From an uncultured delta proteobacterium (lineage in GTDB: Bacteria > Myxococcota > Myxococcia > Myxococcales > Myxococcaceae): 64,000 nucleotides of DNA. The stretch spans positions 64,001 through 128,000 of the forward strand of contig CAVYSY010000025.1 of the NCBI GenBank assembly GCA_963771175.1, in the 5' to 3' direction. The position numbers were made by a program, and so were the translations under genes. Positions within the stretch are counted from its first letter, which is position 1. Every line of letters begins with the position of its first letter. Shown piece after piece: positions 60,901-64,000 of the stretch. The notes beneath the pieces are model-generated. The model was given only the letters and a program-made list of their open reading frames with translations. It made no database searches and was not told the origin of the DNA.

Positions 60901-63900
60901 TGGAGCTGCTCCACCAGCTTCTCGAAGGGCACTTCCTGGTGCTCGTACGCCTCCAGCGTCGTGTCCCTCACCTGCCTCAACAGCTCTCGGAACGACCGCC
61001 GGCGCTCCACCTTCGTGCGTACCACCAGCGTGTTGACGAAGAAGCCGATGAGTCCCTCCAGCTCGGTCCTCGTGCGCCCCGCCACCGGCGTGCCCACGCT
61101 CACCTCCTCCTGCCCCGCCCACCTCGCCAGCACCACCTGCCACCCCGCCATCCACACCATGAACGGCGTTGCCTTCTCCTCCTGGCCCAGCTTCTTCGCC
61201 CTCTCCACCAACTCCCCAGGCAGCCGGAAGCGCTTCACCGCGCCCCGGTACGTCTGCATCGCCGGCCTCGGCTTGTCCGTCGGCAGCTCCAGCAGCTCCG
61301 GCGCTCCCTTCAGCTTCCCGCGCCAGTACTCCACCTGCCTGTCCAGCGCCTCTCCCTGCAGGCGCCCTCGCTGCCACACCGCGTAGTCCACGTACTGCAC
61401 CGGCAGCGGCTCCACTCTCGGCGTCCTGCCCGCCTTCTCCGCCGCGTACAGCTCTCCCAGCTCCTTCACCAACACGCCCATCGACCAGCCGTCCGAGACG
61501 ATGTGGTGCATCGTCAGCAACAGCACCTGCTGGCCTCGTCCCACCTTCACCAGCGTCACCCGCAGCAGCGGCCCCTTCTCCAGATTGAACGGCCTCTGCG
61601 CCTCCTCTCTCACCAGCCGCCGCGCCTCCTCCTCCCGCTGGTCCTCCTCCACCTCCCGCAGGTCCATCACCGACAGCGGAAGACTCGCCTCCGGCCAGAG
61701 GACCTGCACCGGCTGGCCCGCCTCCATCCGGAACGTCGTCCTCAGCACCTCGTGCCTCCGCACCAGTGCCTCCAGACTCCGCTCCAGCGCCTCCTCCTCC
61801 AGCTCCCCCTCCACCCTCAGCGCCGCCGGCATGTTGTAGAGCGGGCTTCCCGGCTCCAGCTGGTCCAGGAACCACAGCCTCTGCTGCGCGAACGACAGCG
61901 GCAGCTCTCCCTCTCGCGACACCACCGGCAGCTTCTCCTGCTCCCTGCCCGTCGCCGCCTCCACCTTCTTCGCCAGCCCCTCCACCGTGGGCGCCTCGAA
62001 CAGCGTGCGCAGCGCCACCTCCACTCCCAGCTCCGCACGGATTCTCGACACCACCTGCGTCGCCAGCAGCGAGTGCCCTCCCATCCGGAAGAAGTCCTCT
62101 TCCGCTCCCACCTCCGCCACCTTCAGCACCTGGGCGAAGATGGCCGCCAAGGCCTGCTCCACGGACGTCCGCGGCGGGCGCGAGGACTGACGCTCCACCC
62201 CGCTCCCCTCCGGCGCGGGCAGCGCCTTCCGATCCACCTTGCCGTTGGACGTGAGCGGCAGCGCCTCCAGCACCACGATGGCCGAGGGCACCATGTACTC
62301 CGGCAGCCGCTGCTTCAGGTGCGCCCTCAGTCCGCCCACCTCCAGCGTCCGACCCTCTCGCGCCACCGCGTACGCCACCAGCCGCTTGTCTCCCGCCTCC
62401 TCCCTCACCACCACCACGCACGCCCCCACCTCCGGGTGGCCGCGCAGCGCCGACTCCACCTCTCCCAGCTCGATGCGGAAGCCGCGCACCTTCACCTGGA
62501 AGTCCACCCGGCCCAGGTACTCCAGGACGCCGTCCGTCCGCTGCCGCACCCGATCTCCCGTGCGGTACATGCGCGCCCCCGCGGGGCCGAAGGGATCGGG
62601 CAGGAAGCGCTCCGCCGTCAGCTCCGGCCGCAGGAGGTACCCGCGCGCCAGACCGTCTCCGGCCAGGTACAGCTCGCCCACCACGCCCACCGGCACCGGC
62701 TGCAGCCACGCGTCCAGCACATAGGCCCGCGTGTTGCTGAGCGGACGACCGATGGTCGGCACCTCGCGCCGCCCCACCAACGACCACGTGGAGTACGTCG
62801 TGTCCTCCGAGGGCCCATACAGGTTGTAGAGCCGCTCCACCGAGGGCAGCGCGTACACCTGTCGGGACAGCTCGGCCGGCAGCGCCTCACCCGCCAGATT
62901 CACCGTGCGCACCGAGGCCGGCACCGCCCCCAGCTTCAGGAGTTGCGCCATCGCCGACGGCACCGTGTTCACCAGCGTCACCTCGCTGGCCGGCGGCTGC
63001 TCGGCGAGCTGCAGCGCGTTGCGCACCACCACCACCCGGCCCCCGGTGGCCAGCGGCGCGAACACCTCGAACACCGACAGGTCGAAGTTGAGCGAGGTGC
63101 AGGCCAGCACGGACCTCAGCTCCTCGGCCGAGAAGGTGTCCCGCGCCCACTGCAGGAAGGCCACGGCGCTGCGGTGCGTGATGGCCACGCCCTTGGGCCG
63201 CCCCGTGCTCCCCGAGGTGTAGATGAGATAGGCGAGGTTCTCCGGGTGCTGCTCCACCGAGAGCGGCTCGGTCGACTCGCGGGCCAGCGCCTCGGCGTCC
63301 GTGTCCAGACACACCGGTCGCGCCGAGTGCTCGGGCAGCACGCCCAGCAGCGTCGAGTGCGCCACCAGTGCCGGCCCCTGCGCGTCCTCCAGCAGGAAGG
63401 CGAGGCGCTCGCGCGGGTAGGTCGGGTCCAGCGGCACGTAGGCTCCGCCCGCCTTGAGGATGCCCAGCATCCCCACCACCATGTCCACCGAGCGCTCGAC
63501 GCACAGGCCCACGCGCACCTCCGGCCCCACCCCGAGCGCCTTCAGCCGCCGCGCGAGCTGGTTGGCACGCGCCTCCAGCTCCCGATAGCTCAGCCGCTGA
63601 CCCTCGCCGCCCTCCACCGCGATGGCCTCCGGCGTGCGCTTCGCCTGAGCCTCGAACAGGTGGTGCATGCACGCCCGCCGCGGGAAGTCGGCCGTGTTCC
63701 GGTTCCACTCCACCAGCACCTGCTGGCGCTCGACCCCGGTCATCAGCGGCAGCAGCGCCACGGGTTGCTCCGGCCGCTCCACCGCCCCCTCCAGCAGCAC
63801 CTTCAGGTGCCCCACCATCCTCTCCACCGTCTCGGGCTCGAAGAGGTCCGTGTTGTACTCGAAGGCCCCTTCCAGGCCCCTCGCGTCCTCCGTCAGGAAC

Positions 63901-64000
63901 AGGCTCAGGTCGAACTTCGCCGTCCCGCTGTCCACCTCCAGCGGCTCCAGCGTCAGCCCCGGCTGCTTCAGCGCCTCCATCGGCGCGTTCTGCACCGCCA
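57932..64000 (-). CDS. Non-ribosomal peptide synthetase, C-terminal part: (C)-A-T-C-A-T-TE; frameshift near 58890; 5' end outside the window
   Basis: [11 protein letters not shown] twice, GGHSLL twice, HHIVSDGWS, and TE motif GWSLGG with terminal His (GSHDSM). Confidence 0.97.
59086..59375. repeat. NRPS inter-module repeat (A-domain C-terminal subdomain); other copy at 62233-62522
   Basis: Offset of 3147 nt; [23 protein letters not shown] through [24 protein letters not shown] is nearly identical at DNA level. Confidence 0.85.
60561..60856. repeat. NRPS inter-module near-identical repeat (C-domain end and linker); other copy at 63705-64000
   Basis: Offset of 3144 nt with only scattered substitutions. 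Confidence 0.9.

Overview
High-GC myxobacterial chromosome segment. Gene content (tgl, cglB, a Tad-like kil cluster, a SitA-like toxin, a large NRPS) points to Cystobacterineae such as Archangium or Cystobacter; this is an inference. From left to right it holds: the 3' end of a peptidase-MA-like gene and a small helical protein gene; a candidate ~200-nt structured RNA; and a ~2-kb AHH-nuclease toxin/Imm11 immunity cassette with no integrase, bracketed by a perfect 27-bp duplication of the polA 3' end. Then come polA, the Tad-like contact-killing cluster (FHA proteins, CpaF ATPase, secretin, prepilin peptidase, two lipoproteins), glyQS, a Ser/Thr kinase, a PfkB kinase, recO, a RodZ-like gene and tgl. 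The central block is tRNA-tuf-rpmG-secE-nusG-rplKAJL-rpoBC, followed by rlmB, a RimK-family ligase, cglB, hrpB and housekeeping or unknown genes. The right end has an operon of two paralogous beta-rich proteins flanking an M28 peptidase, and the last two modules plus thioesterase of an NRPS. Many essential genes (rpoB, rpoC, glyQ, glyS) carry single-base frameshifts, most simply explained as sequencing or assembly indels, so frame-broken genes are reported as single loci. The most novel-looking signals are the polA-targeted toxin-immunity cassette with its junction motifs and the adjacent structured RNA.
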